Positions 24,565 to 38,000 are shown, counted from the whole stretch's first letter. The stretch is DNA of 62,987 bases, filler included, from Licmophora abbreviata (GCA_900291995.1; 15 parts of 15 records of this genome joined end to end with filler, not necessarily neighbours in it); one strand, 5' to 3'. Translations and numbers: made by a program. The notes: generated by a model not told the origin, from the letters alone.

Positions 24565-26445
24565 ATGGTGTCGTCTTCAAAACGAAAGAACGACGGAGGC
24601 AAGTCGCCTTTTAAGGCAAAGAAGCTCAAGGAGGAGGTTACGAAGTCGGGGTCGTCGACTCAGCAGAAACGCGCATTGAAGCATGAGCGACAGTCGCATC
24701 GTCGTCATGCCGACGCGGTAGGGTCTGCCAAGGAGATTTGGAACAAACTTCGACTGAAAAATGTCTCTCCTGAAGAAATCCGTAGTCTCATGGGTGAGCT
24801 GATGGATTTAATTCGAGGAAAGATGAACGAGGTGGCCTTGCAGCACGATGCGAGTCGAGTTGTGCAAGCAGCTGTCCAGTTTGGAACTGCTGAAGAGAGG
24901 CGAGAGGTGGTCACGGAACTCTGCCTATCCAAGAATCTACCTGAGCTCTGCAAGGTTCAGTATGCTCACTTTGTCGTTCTGAAGATTATCAAGTATTGCT
25001 CAAGAGACAAAGAGTCGGTCCGGCAAGTTGTCAAGGCTCTGAAGGGATCCATGCCGAAGCTTGCAGTGCATGCTGTTGGGGCGCGAGTTGTTGAACTTCT
25101 CTTGGCGACGTTTCCCGCCAAGGCGACGGCCCCGCTCAAAGAAGAGTTCTACGGACCACACTTTGCTCTTTTTGCTTCCACTTCGAGTGACGACTCGAAC
25201 CCTAGCCTTGTATCAAACCTAGAAAAATCTCCTGAGAAGAAGGCTGCGACTCTTGAGTTTGTCGTTTCCCTGTTGAACAAAACTATAGAGAAGGAGCTGT
25301 TCGGGTTCGTCTATGTTCAGGAGCTATTTGCCGAGTACGTAAAGGTGGCCACTTCAAACGAAATTCGTTCTATCGCTTCCAGTGTCGTGGATCATTCGAT
25401 CCATATGCTCTCGACTCGGCCGGGTACTAAGGTCGTTGCCGCGTGTCTCGGTTGCGGGACAGCCAAGGACCGCAAACGGATCATGAAAAGTCTTAAGGGC
25501 TACACTCGATCGTCGTTACTTCATCGAGACGCATATCTCGCAATCTTGCGCCTCGTGCAAGTGACAGACGACACAGTGTCGGTTCACAAAAGCGTTCTTG
25601 CTGAGATTCTGACTACTAATAGAAAAGATGATGGCGGTGAAATTGCAGGCGAATCGCCGCTGTTAGAAATCGCCACGAGTGAAACGGGCTCCCGCCTCTT
25701 TCTCTTGCTGTTGGTAGCCGACGAGGAGTCCAGAACAAAGTACCTGGATCCTTATGAGCGGGAGGTACTTGTGCCTAATCCAACTGTTCTGGAAGCTGGA
25801 GCCGACACCCCCACTAGCAAAAAGAACCCCGAAACGCGTCGCAAAGAACTGGTGCAGTACTTGCGAAGCGGGTTGATTGAAATGTGCGTGAAGCATGCCA
25901 ATGTACTCTTGCGATCGCTTCCTGGATCGAGGGTTTTGCGCGAAGTATACGCTGCGTTTCAACCTCAGGAAGTTGTCAATGCTGTGGTAAAAGTTTGCGA
26001 CTCTGAGCTGATTCAAAGTGACACACAGGATGACTTCAACGATTCGCAGACTTTTCTATTCGAAGATCCTATCGGTCATCTCGCAGTCAAGAATCTGCTG
26101 CTTTGTGACGCTGAACAGCAAGATAAAGTAGGTTACTCTTGTTTGTTCGCAGATGCGTTTGGAAAGGAAATGGAGTCCCGCCTTGCAAAGNNNNNNNNNN
26201 NNNNNNNNNNNNNNNNNNNNNNNNNNNNNNNNNNTTAATTAATTAANNNNNNNNNNNNNNNNNNNNNNNNNNNNNNNNNNNNNNNNNNNNGCCTTGTTCT
26301 CACAGCTTGCCTGAAAGTGAAATCTATTGGAGCAGAAGCAAGGAGTGAGCTCCTCTCCAGCAAAGATAATTTCAAGAAGCTGGCAAAGGTCGGATCGAAA
26401 GCGACAGCCGGTTTCGATGCGTTGCTACAAGAGCTGATGGTATGA
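24565..26445 (+). CDS. PUM3: Pumilio homolog 3/Puf6 (ribosome biogenesis)
   Basis: 'QHDASRVVQAAVQFG', 'YAHFVVLKIIKY', 'GTAKDRKRIMKSLK', 'VTDDTV', 'SKKNPETRRKEL'; continues after the gap to TGA at 26443-26445. Confidence 0.9.
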
Positions 26446-26479
26446 ATATAGGTTAATCTTAGTTTTCGAGTCTCACGGG

Positions 26480-29400
26480 CTAACGCGTCTCTTCTCGATA
26501 GTAAAACATATCCTCACTTTGCAACAAGCAGTTGAGTAAAGGATACTCAGAATCATCGGTCTCCTGCGACGGGTGGAAATCCCATTCGAGACTCGCCACA
26601 AGCGCTCGGTGTGCATCCGAAAAGGCTCGTTGCACCTGAAAGATGCGGAATGCATTCCTGCCAACGTTATTGCTTGCAGATAGAGGATCCTCGACAAACA
26701 AAGGATCAAATGTGTATGGGCGACCCGAGTGATCCCCCACAAGCTGAGAACCAGGCATCGCCGGGTGCTCATATTCAGCGGTATGCCGCGGTTGGTGATG
26801 CTGCGTTGTCGAAGCAGAGCCTTGGAACAGGGGAGGCCGCAAGCCCATTGTCGGACTCGTTCCATGGACACTAGAAGCGCTCCCCTTGGTACCATCGCCG
26901 CTCCCATTCTCTGTGAAGCTGTGGCGTCTAAGGAAGTCTGGCCTCGACTGACCAGACGGGGGAGGACTGGGGGCACCGAGAACATGCTGATTCTGACGCA
27001 TCGGCCACTTCTGCTGCCCGGAGGACTGTACCTGCGAATAGTTCGGACGGGAAAAATACTGCCGTCGGGCGACGCTAATTCCGGTGGCTCTCGGGTCGAA
27101 CGAATTTCCGTAGAAATCCAAAAACGCCATGAGAAGCGACCCGCAGTCGTCCCACGATGGTTGTTCTTGGAGGAAACGAGCGACCATTAGGAAGAGACAA
27201 TATGATGACAGTCCTCCCGTGTACGCCGTTAGTAGACCTCGGTCAAGGAGAAATTGCTTGAGAATAAGAATAAGGGGCTGAGTCATGGGTAGCTCTTGTA
27301 TCATCCTCGTAACAAAACTGATGGCAGCTAGACCATGGTGCTCCGGGCCATCAAAACTTATGTCCAACTGCAACATGCGAGCCTTCGTGTCTTTCGTTGC
27401 CACCTTTACGATTGGGACAACAGTATGTTCGATCAATTTGATTGATCGTGGGTCGATCCATGATTCGGCTCTGAGTTTTCTCGCAAAGATTTTCTGCGAG
27501 GATTCATTGATCGCGTTTCTCCCTTCTAAAACTCCTGGCGCAACAGCGGGCGCATTCTTGTGGACGGCAGGAAGACAGATCACAAAATCAAGGTCAGATG
27601 AAGGCAAACAAAGCCCGGTCACATGGCTCCCGTATATCTTTACTTGTGCACGCGGCCAAACTGCCGTTGCCATTCGAGTGAGTCTTTGGACAGCTGCCGC
27701 CTTACGCTTGTCCTGTTTGCGCAGCTGGGCGCCAGTCGCGCCTAAGAACTTAACTATGTCCTTTGTGAGCCGAGATTGCATCCCAAACTCGGGCACCGAA
27801 TCAGCAATATCATGTTGACAGAGGCGGAAACGGGTTGGACCGAGCATGTCGTGACTGCTCGTGACTTGATCAATCGATATATCTGACTCCGCAACCGTTA
27901 CTCCCGATGACATATGGCGCACATGAACAGACCTCGGTCTTCTTTGATCATGAGCGCCCCCAACATCTGTGCCATCCTCACTAGCAGCAGAGTCGTGATC
28001 ACCACGAGGGATACCTGCATCACTCATCGCCGCAATAGAATTCGACTGCTGTATCCCCGGAAGAAGGGGGCCATGAAGTCGGGATCCGAGGACGCAGCAT
28101 TTGCGGCACTAACGTGTCGAAGATCTGAAACCGGGACAAACGATGCCAGGGATGATCCTGTCTGGATTGCAAGCATATTCTTCAGTCTGGCCACTTCCGC
28201 TCCAAGAGTGAGACACCTATATATAAACACACGAAAACAAGAAAACAAATGGTTGTGAGCATGATCAAATTGAAAATACAGACGGTCAACAAAAGTGGAC
28301 TTACATATCGCGAAAAGAATTCCTTTCATCGCGAAGCGTGTCCAATTCCATGGGCTCCCGTGGACACTGAGTCGAACCAAGCGTGGATGCACTATCTTTC
28401 GCTGCTAAAGTATCATGACCTCCCCCGTGGTGTATCTCCTTGTCTGATAGATGGTCATGCTCATCATGGCTGTGGCTGGGCTTTCCAATGGCGGTCTCGC
28501 TCTGTGCACGGAGTAGAGTTGTGTTCGGCGCAACATGTGCGCTTGAGTCGTTTATCGCCAACTGCGGATCGACTGCCTTTGCCGCCACTGAGCGATAAGA
28601 GAGCTTCGGATGTCGCAGGGCGCTGTTGCCGTTCCGACGAAGCTCTTCCGACAACGTCAGTTTCCTGAGGTCGTCCCTAGACCAACTAGGGACAAGCGAT
28701 CTCGGAAAAGGTGTCATGGGTGAGTTGGGGAGACTACCATGTGCCATGGGAGGAACCGACACCGCCTTTGAAAAGCCTTCCGTTTCCGATCGAGCCTGTG
28801 TGCGCAATTCCTGAAGGTCCGCTAGCGAAACTAGTATCGGGGAGAGCTGTGGTGAAGGTGTCGATGGCGGAGGAGGAGAGGGCGATCTGCGAGCATGGGA
28901 TCCTTCGCCGACACCGAGGAAGTCTCATCCTGTCTTGTAACCGAAGGTTCTTCCTGTGAAGGAGATGAAAGATGTTCGACACGTCCTCGGGGTTCGTCGA
29001 AAGGGACATCTTCACCTGTACCGACGCTGCTGCTATCATCTTTCTCAGTAAGCGACACATCAACTGGCGGTGAGTCGTTGGGAGCAGACGCTTCAACCTC
29101 TACTTGAACATCTTCGTCGATAACTTCAGCAGGACTTTCTTTGTCGGTCGACGATGCAAGTGATGCAGCAGTAGAAGATGCTACCGCCAAAGCACCTGGT
29201 ATAGCGTCTGCTGAGTTCTGCCTGAGAAATAGATCAACAAATGCGCTCTTGTCACGACTCGGATACCTCAAGGATCCTGGCATTGCAAGGTCAAACAAGT
29301 CAGCAACGAGTGGCAGCTCCTCTTGTTTTGTCAGTGCAGAATCAAGGAACGAAAAGAAGAGATCATGACCACTCGAAGAAGTGGTTCTCAAGTGTTGCGG

Positions 29401-31109
29401 TGGCATGTCACCGGGAAGCAACACAGAGTTCGAGGTCGTACAACTGCTATCTCCAACCAATGCAGGACGATTCGAGTCAGTAGTACCGCCTGTCACACGT
29501 GCCACAGACATGGCTTGAGGGCCAACATGAGGTTGTTGAGGTAGAGGTATTTCCTCATCTTTTAGACCCACTTCCTCGAACACTCGTTCAACCACGTCGT
29601 TCAATATGCTCCATACGGTTACATACATTTGAGTTCGTTCGATCGATCTCGAAAGGTCTGAAGCCCTCGGCATGACAGCATCTAATTCATTCTGAGCACA
29701 GGTTGTTTTGCCCATCACAACGGGTGATTCATTCGATGTCCGTTGCGATACCACTGCACTTTTTTCGCTTCTTTTTCTTTTTCTTCTTGCCAGTTTTCGT
29801 ATCCTTTCGGTCAATCGATCGATGAGTGTCTTGACAATTGTCGAAATCATCCAACAGAGCCTTTTGCAGCTCCGACGCAATAGAGCCTCGGAGTCGCTTG
29901 CACAGTAGCTCTCGAACCAGTGACACACACGAGCCTAACTCAACTAGAGGAGTCTGTTCGATATTTTGAAATGCAATCGTCATGTCCCCGTGGTGCCCAA
30001 CAGACGGCCTGCTTACTGCCAAAGATTCGCATAGCAAGTCCCATAGGAGCATATCTCTCGACCGAGTCGACTCGACAGCAGCCGCAGGCAGTAGATCTAG
30101 CAAGACCGTTTTGGTTGCTGTCAAAAGTAGGGCCCGTCGAAGGACGCCATCGTTCAAAGTTTTTGNNNNNNNNNNNNNNNNNNNNNNNNNNNNNNNNNNN
30201 NNNNNNNNNTTAATTAATTAANNNNNNNNNNNNNNNNNNNNNNNNNNNNNNNNNNNNNNNNNNNNGTCGAAGGACGCCATCGTTCAAAGTTTTTGCGGCA
30301 TCCTGCAACATCGTGTAGGTTCTCGACTTCATACAGCGTCTATCGCCCGCATGCCATTGGTACTCGCTCCACAGTGCCACTTCCACACGACTCGCCAGAT
30401 ACATGGGCAGTGAGAACCAACGCTCACTGGGACATAACCAGAGAGCAAAATAGGGAGATAAGGTCGGCGGCGTCTTATAGCGAGAGGAAAGGAACTGGCC
30501 CCGGGATGCCACATGGAGTGTCCGGAGAACAAGCGTCTTCGTGTTTGCGTTTCGAGGCACAAAACTGCACTTCGACATCTTGTTTTCATTCTCCATGTGA
30601 ATCATCATTCCCGCCAGCAACTCTTCGTCTGCCTCTCTTTGTTCCTCGGTACACCCCACACTAAGTACATCACCAGCAGGTGTGACAAATCTCCGGGCCA
30701 TCACATCCCAGAAGCGTGGCCTTTTCGTCGACTGCGTTCTTCCTTTTCGTGGACCCCCACTAGTAGGAGTATTGCTATAGCTCGTCCGCTCGAGCAACTG
30801 AAACAGGCGGGGTCGCTCGATTCGGGCCTTGGCGACACGCTGTTCTTCGTTCCGTCCATCGGTGGCTCCAACACGCGAGGCCGGCTTGTAGTACACTGCC
30901 CGAGGATGAATAGGAGTCGGAGGTGGGGCCTGCAATCGAATCATTTGCCTCAGTAACTCAAAGTCTTGTGAATCCTGTTCAAACTCAAATTCCATACCGT
31001 GTAACAGGTCGTTGTAGGACAGCTGTGATACCCAGGTTCGGAATGCGGTGTGTTCTGATGTTGTTGACCTGATGGGGTTGTACTGCTGCTGGCCATCATC
31101 ATTCTTCAT
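26480..31109 (-). CDS. Large TRF4/5 (PAPD5/7)-like non-canonical poly(A) polymerase; three apparent frameshifts
   Basis: C-terminal NTase 'YGSHVTGLCLPSSDLD', 'QLDISFD', 'KQFL..RGL...YTGGLSSY', 'VEDPL..NNVGR..FRIFQVQRAF'. Upstream ORFs join via intron 28304-28217 and frame switches near 29760, 28900 and 28055. Confidence 0.8.
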
Positions 31110-31504
31110 GATTGGAATGCGAAAATAGTAAAATTAGTTACCCACTGCTTATGGAAGGCGACGGCCGCGTCAAGACTAGGTCAGTTTGTCAAGCTGAACA
31201 TCCGAGAGCTGCTACACTCTACCCTATTCCCATGGTTAGCATCCTGGATTTTGTCTCTCGCTCCGCGTTATTTTGGGGCGCGCGATTGATGCTAATTAAG
31301 GCCCTGCGGTGTGGCGGCATAAGTAATATGACGTCAGATCCGGGCTAATATTCAATACGAGCGAGCATACTCAAATACTGCCAAAACCTTCTCTTGGCCA
31401 TCCATTTTCAATCTCCAGTCCACCAAATTCTGTTGATAAAAGTTAGGGTTGCCCTTGCCAATTCGATGATAGCATTCCTGAAACCTGCTGTTTAATCACT
31501 CAAC

Positions 31505-32936
31505 ATGAAGAAGCGTGTAACTTCGGCTAAAAAGCTCAAGAAGAAGCAACCAAAGAAGACTACTAACGATAAACCGCTGTTGACGGTCGAAGAGCTGATT
31601 GAAAATGGCGAACAAGCCATGCAATCCTTGGACGTCGAACGCGCCCACTCACAGTACAGTGCGGCGGTGGCCTTGTTAAGGGGAACACTGGAGCTAAACG
31701 TAGCATTACAGGACGGGGAAGGAGATGTGGACAGCAAGAAGCTACAACTGGTCCAGGTCTTGTCAAAACTGGGAGAAGCCAAGGTGTCTTTGGGAGATCC
31801 AGAAGGCGCCCGGGAGGACTTTGAACTTGCCGTGTCGTGGCTTCCTCCTTCTCATCGGAATGAATCGTCGACGGTGCTCGTGCACCATGAGACGCGAGCA
31901 AGTCTCTACTTGTACTTGGGACAACTCAGTTTAGAGCTCGATGCACTCGAGTGCTACAAAAAGGGGATCGATGAGCTGCAAGAGTGCATTCGAATACTAC
32001 TTTCAACAGAAATGCCAAAGCACGAAGACATGATGGCGGTGGACGACGACGAAGTTTCAGAAGAACTATCATTGACAGCATTACGGTACGTTCTCAGATG
32101 TGGCAATTTGAGTCTTGTCGGGATGTCGAACTGTCGACGTGTACGTAGTAGACTGTGCTCCTCTTAAACCGCATGGTCTTTTGCTGCCATTCCTACACAG
32201 GCGACGGCTCGTAGGCGCTTATTGTTCGATTGCCGAGTTGTACTTGACTGATCTTTGCTATGAAGAAAACGCGGAACGAGAGTGCGAGACTGTCCTCGTT
32301 GCGGCCACCCAAATGGTGATTGACACGGATGGTCAGCCTTGCGTCGATGCTCTGCAGGCATTGGCCAACTTGCGCTTGTCGCAACGACGAAGTGTGGAGG
32401 CTTGTCAACACATGTTGGCAGCCTACGACAAAATGAAGAAGGGATGTGAGGCGTTGGCGGCTCTTGTGGGACTTGAAGCGGTTGTTGGTGAAAGGGAAGC
32501 TGCCTCATTTCCTGCTTCATCATCATCTGTGCGGGAGGCATCCGAGCAACTGGTGGACGTTGACGCGGCAGACAGTCTGCCGACGTTTGAGTTTCGGTGT
32601 CAGTCAGTCAAAATTCTGCTCGAATGTGCCACCAGCGATTCAGAAAAGGCTAAAGCAGACACACTTCTGGCGGGTCAATGTGCCAAGGCGGCAATACAAG
32701 TGATCGGCAGTCTATTGGCGGAAAATGACGAGGTGATTGAAGTCTGGTACCTTGCTGGATGTGCCTTTTCGGCTTGCGACGAAGCGGAAGTAGCAACTCA
32801 TTATTGGACACGCGCGTTGGAGATGCTTCGACAGGTTAAGGAAAACTTGCAGATGGACGATGACGACGAAGATGCAGAGGATCAGCTTGAGGAAGTCGAG
32901 CAGCAAATACGAGAAATCACAGTCAAGATGAGTTAG
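31505..32936 (+). CDS. TPR protein, Acl4-like (assembly chaperone of Rpl4)
   Basis: Intron 32086-32200; 'YLYLGQLS', 'AYCSIAELYLTDLCYEENAERECE', 'ALQALANLRLSQ', 'LPTFEFR', 'ENDEVIEVWYL'. Confidence 0.82.
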
Positions 32937-33498
32937 CATGTCGAAGGTTTTGTCAGTAAACTAAGTAGTGTTCTCTAGAGAAAATAGACCTTCTGCAGGA
33001 TTCGATCCCCTTGTGCTGATGCCACCCGTTACGACGCATATAATAGGCCCCACAACCTCGGGAGGCAGTCGAAAAGCTAGATCCGGGCTATTGATACTTC
33101 TGCTGCTCGTACACTCTTAGATTTGTTTGGGAAATATGCGTTGAGAAGTGTCATTCCTGGAAATGCTTATACCAAATCAATAGCCAACGTATCAAACACT
33201 ATTGCCTTTGGCCTGTCATGCGCGCGTAAAAATAGAACGGCACAGCAAGCACATCGTCAGATTNNNNNNNNNNNNNNNNNNNNNNNNNNNNNNNNNNNNN
33301 NNNNNNNTTAATTAATTAANNNNNNNNNNNNNNNNNNNNNNNNNNNNNNNNNNNNNNNNNNNNGATTCGATTCATTCGAGTATTTCGTACGAGTAGTAGG
33401 AATGGATGAATGCGAAGCTTGGACGGATAGGTACACAGTAGCACAGCAGAAGGCAACCACAACCAGGATATTTGCATTCGCTGAACGGGAGAAACGCG

Positions 33499-34659
33499 AT
33501 GACTGAGATTGTTTCAAAGAAAAAGAAGTCGGGCATGAGCTGGACGCCGGTGGTCGTCGTCGCCATTGCGTCGTTTCTCTTCTACGCCAAGAGGCAGATT
33601 CGCAAGAACTACTGGTACGCTTTTGACGAATCCACCATTACTGCCGAACGCTTCAGGAGCAATACTACCTTCATTCGCCACGATATTCCCACCACCTACT
33701 ACAAGAAGGGACATCTTGCCGATGCTCTTCCCGAGGGCGGATGGCTGAACGACAGGGGCGACGCTGGTCTGCGCCTTTTGCGCTTGGAGCCGGGCGAAGA
33801 GCCTCTCGACTTTGACTACAGCCTGCTGGACGGCGACATTGGAGCGAAGAAACTCGTCGAGTGTGAGGGTGAACACGGTATCGCGTGGTGTCCTGGCTCA
33901 CAGTGTTTCGAGCCCGAATTGTTGATGACCCAGCTGGATGGAATTCTGAATGGAACCAGCGATGACCACTATGCTGCCTTTTCCTACATTTCCCAGTCAG
34001 GCGTCGACCACCTCGAAAAGGCACTGGAATTGCCCTTTAAGCTTAACCGCGGGCACTTTGAGCAGGCCTTTGTGTCCAACCTGAAAAAAGATAGCTTTGT
34101 CACTATGCTCCATGCCAACACGGTGACGCACAGCTTGGCCGTGCAGGCCGTGGGCTCCAAATACTGGGTCTTTTTCCGTCGCGAGGATTACACCGAAGAA
34201 CATGGCTTTGCGTGCATGCCCACCGTCGGGGCATGTTTTGCTTCCAAAGGACCAAGTGTTGAGAAGATGGACTACTGGACCTACCAGTCACAGCCCGGCG
34301 ACCTGCTTTACTTCCCTCCAAGCTATGCACATGCCGTTGCCACGGCGGCTGGGCCGAATGTCATGATCAACTTTCGCAGATTCTTCCCGCATCAATTCTT
34401 TACGAACCATCCGTTCCTCTCCCTTACCATGATCTACAACATCTTTTTCAATAGTGAGCCGACGGAGGATGTCTACAAGCTGGCGGAAAATCACGAGCTG
34501 GACGGTAGAGCCTTTCGCCAAGCGGCTGGCCACGCAAACAAGATGACCAAGGATGCCTTCAATCTGATTGGTGAGGCTGTGTGTTTCGATAAGTCTCCGG
34601 GGAACATGGATCGCAGGCTTGCCACGATGATGTGGGACTTTATCGAATCTACCAAGTAG
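33499..34659 (+). CDS. JmjC/cupin-like domain protein with N-terminal membrane anchor
   Basis: 'TMLHAN..SLAVQAVGSKYWVFF' and 'QPGDLLYFPPSYAHAV' match the JmjC double-stranded beta-helix; hydrophobic N-terminal segment. Confidence 0.75.
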   Translation: MTEIVSKKKKSGMSWTPVVVVAIASFLFYAKRQIRKNYWYAFDESTITAERFRSNTTFIRHDIPTTYYKKGHLADALPEGGWLNDRGDAGLRLLRLEPGEEPLDFDYSLLDGDIGAKKLVECEGEHGIAWCPGSQCFEPELLMTQLDGILNGTSDDHYAAFSYISQSGVDHLEKALELPFKLNRGHFEQAFVSNLKKDSFVTMLHANTVTHSLAVQAVGSKYWVFFRREDYTEEHGFACMPTVGACFASKGPSVEKMDYWTYQSQPGDLLYFPPSYAHAVATAAGPNVMINFRRFFPHQFFTNHPFLSLTMIYNIFFNSEPTEDVYKLAENHELDGRAFRQAAGHANKMTKDAFNLIGEAVCFDKSPGNMDRRLATMMWDFIESTK

Positions 34660-35027
34660 AAACGAGCGACTTGTGCAGTCCTTTCGACTGATGTGCCTAC
34701 AGTGTTCGTGTCGTGAGCGAGAGATGGAGGNNNNNNNNNNNNNNNNNNNNNNNNNNNNNNNNNNNNNNNNNNNNTTAATTAATTAANNNNNNNNNNNNNN
34801 NNNNNNNNNNNNNNNNNNNNNNNNNNNNNNCACCCCGAATCTTGTCCAGCTGACACATTCGGGCTGAATTCTCGCCGTTCAACTTCTGCATTCCATTGTA
34901 ACCCTGTACTGAACTAAGAATCCGGATACAAACTACAGTCCTAGCTCAACGACAAAATGCAGCCTACTTCAACGCGTAGTTATGTAGGAAACGCAACCAT
35001 AGACAAAACGTCAAAGCACATCAATCT

Positions 35028-38000
35028 CTAGAAGTAGACGTCGATAGAATCGACCTTCGACACCTTTCGAATCAGGATGGCGGTTGCCGTGGGGATGCTA
35101 GGCCCATCCACCTTTGTCTTAGAGCCATCCTTCAGAGTCACCGTGTACTTCTTGGGACTCACTCCAAACAAGTCGCCGCCATCAGGGTTGTGGTACGTCA
35201 CCAGAATGGAAGCAAACAACTTGAAGGAAATGATCATGTTGCCGTCCTTGTCAAGAACGCTTGCGTTCTCTTCGTCTTCGAACAACCACGATGGAAGAGC
35301 GGGAACGAGCTGCATTTCAACATCGCCATCGTCGTTGAGGAAGAAAGGATCAGGTCCAATGAACATGTGTTTCCAGATACTCAAGAATTCGGCTGTGGAA
35401 CCACTAAGACGAGCAACGAATCCGCGACCATGGTAGTCGGGATCCGGGAAGGCAGACGATGCGATGAACGACGAGCACTCCATCAAGGAGCGCCCGTAAA
35501 CCTTCGGGTCCATAAAAGGGAGGATTCCGCCACCTTTCATTTCAGCAAAGAACTCGTCGTAGAGCTTTCCACGAATGAGTTCGAGGTAGTACTTGTAGCT
35601 CATGTGCATCCACACAGACTCATTCTCGAGCCAGCCAGGAGAGAATGCCATCATTCGACCCATGTCGAAACTCTGACCCTTGAGGGTAGACGAGACCAAG
35701 TACATTTTCAGTTCGTCGTCACGAAGGCCCGACTTCAGAACTCGTTCGTACATATCTTTCATCGAATCAGGATCGTCTTGAATCGTCTTCATGTACCTCA
35801 CAGGGCCCTCCAAGAAAAGAGGAAATCGCCCGACGCGCATAGCGAGGGCGTTGACGAGGGGCAAACCCACGTCGTTGTGGCCCTTATTGAGCTTCCACTT
35901 GGTAATCTCGAAGGAGAAGTACGCAGGGGGGATGCCACTAGTTCCATCGTCTTTGTAACCGTGACTTCCAATCTTAAGTGCGCGTTTCATTCCAATNNNN
36001 NNNNNNNNNNNNNNNNNNNNNNNNNNNNNNNNNNNNNNNNTTAATTAATTAANNNNNNNNNNNNNNNNNNNNNNNNNNNNNNNNNNNNNNNNNNNNATCT
36101 CGACCTGCTCCATCCAGCGGTCCACCATTGAGACGACAGTCTTGGACGACAATGTGGTAGTATTACCGGAGAAGTAGTACTGAACATCATTGCGGTAATT
36201 CTCTCTCGCAGCGGCCACAACATCCCAGTAGCTGAAGAGCTCCTCGGGAACGTCAAACGTAAGGTCACTAGGTTCGGTAAAGCCAGAGCTTTCGAGGTCA
36301 TCGAGAGCGCCGTTGACAGTCTTGATCATCTTCATGAGTTCGGACGGAATGGCGATCGGCCGCTCGTAGGTTCCGACGACCTTCTTTACGTATTTGAGAA
36401 GCAGGAATAACTCGTACGTCTCGGGCATGCCACTACCAACCATACCCTATGGGAAAAGAAGACACGTAAGGATGAGTGGTGAGTGTGGTTCTCCTCAAAA
36501 AGACGAGATACGCAAGCGTTGCTCCCAGCACTTACCGGAAGACCGTTCATAGCGTCGTTCCACCCAGGACGCCCGCCTTCATATTCGATTCCCATACCGT
36601 AAGCGTCACGCATGGCAAACTTGATTGCTCCCAAGAGAAACAGCTTGGCAATTGGAGTACTCGTGAACGCCTTGCCTGCGGTCGTTCGCTGCCAGTTTGC
36701 GTCGATACCAAGGAGGCCGGTCGACTGGTCGAGGAACGCTTGCTGCTCGGCTGCCTTCTCTTCGTCATAATAGGTAGAGTCAAGTTGAAGAACGTGTTTG
36801 CTCGTGCCATCAAATGTGTAGGTGAGGACGTACTTCTGACTTCGTGGCTTCACTGTCGCAGTCGAAAAGAAGTACCGGAGCTGGTTGTCATACATGAGAG
36901 CCTCTTCGCCATCGGGGAAGATGTCAGTGTACGCTTCGATCAAGTCGATGTAGTAGTCCCAGTGATCTCCCCAGTATCTGCGAGTCATTCGCAACGGCAA
37001 CAGTGTGAGTTAAAGCGGCAGCCAATATATCTAGTTTGCCTCTACAGCCAGCACGTACCCGGATCCGTAGACAGCCATCGCGCGATCTTCGGAGTTCCTC
37101 ACAATTGTGTTGATGAATTCGTCGTTGTCGACCTTGAGCGTAATGTTGAGCTCCTCTACAAGCTGGAAAAGCTGGCCGGGACGGAAAGGTCCTCCAACAA
37201 GCACATCACCCAAAACTGTAGATGTACAGCAAGCAGCGACGTCAGAGACAAGAATAGCGAAAAACTGGCAAATACGCGTTTCGTCTCCCGATATCCTCAC
37301 CTTGGGCACTCTTGGGGTCAGCAGTCAAGTTGGTTGCGATCTCATCAGCAAGATCGTGGTCCCCAAGAAGGAAGGCGACAGCTTCAACCGTAAGAGGTTC
37401 ATACCCGTCCGGCTGAATGTACGACAAGAACTGCTGGACATCGAACGACCCAAGTTGAGGCATGAACGTGACATCGTCGCGACGATTCTGCGCAATATCA
37501 CGGTAGTTTCCGGGACCCTAAAGAAGAAAAGACCCACAGTCACAAATGTGAATGATATAGTCGCCGGGCACATGCCCTATTCACACCATCCATCCACCTA
37601 CAAGACACGTACCTGGGAAAAGTAGGACGGATCAATGTTGAAGGCGTTGTAATCACGCTCCAGATCTCCGTGGATACGAGAGAACGTATGAAAAATCTTG
37701 ATTTCGGGGTCTTCATCATAGCTGTCGTCCGAATCAACATTTCCAAGCACAGTCGGCAAACCTCCTCGCAAACTGTTATCCAAAAACATTTGCTTCACAG
37801 CACCATCAAAGAGCGGGTTAGCGGTCGTGGTCTCGACGCCAGCCGTGAGATCGTTAATAATCTTGCGGGCACGCTGGAACTTCTCTTCCACATATCCGGG
37901 TGCCGTGATCTTGGCCGCAATCTTGGGCAGATGGTCGATATGACTAGCCTTTCCATAGAACGAAGCAATCGTAACATTTTCGCCTGCCTTCAGCGTCAAG

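Noticed and set aside
32990..33060. GGATTCGATCCCC resembling a tRNA T-loop
   Set aside because: Could not fold a cloverleaf (no acceptor, D or anticodon arms) on either strand.
31336..33090. AGATCCGGGCTA 12-mer on both sides of the Acl4-like gene
   Set aside because: No terminal repeats or transposase; the gene has an intron and is housekeeping, so a target-site duplication is unlikely.
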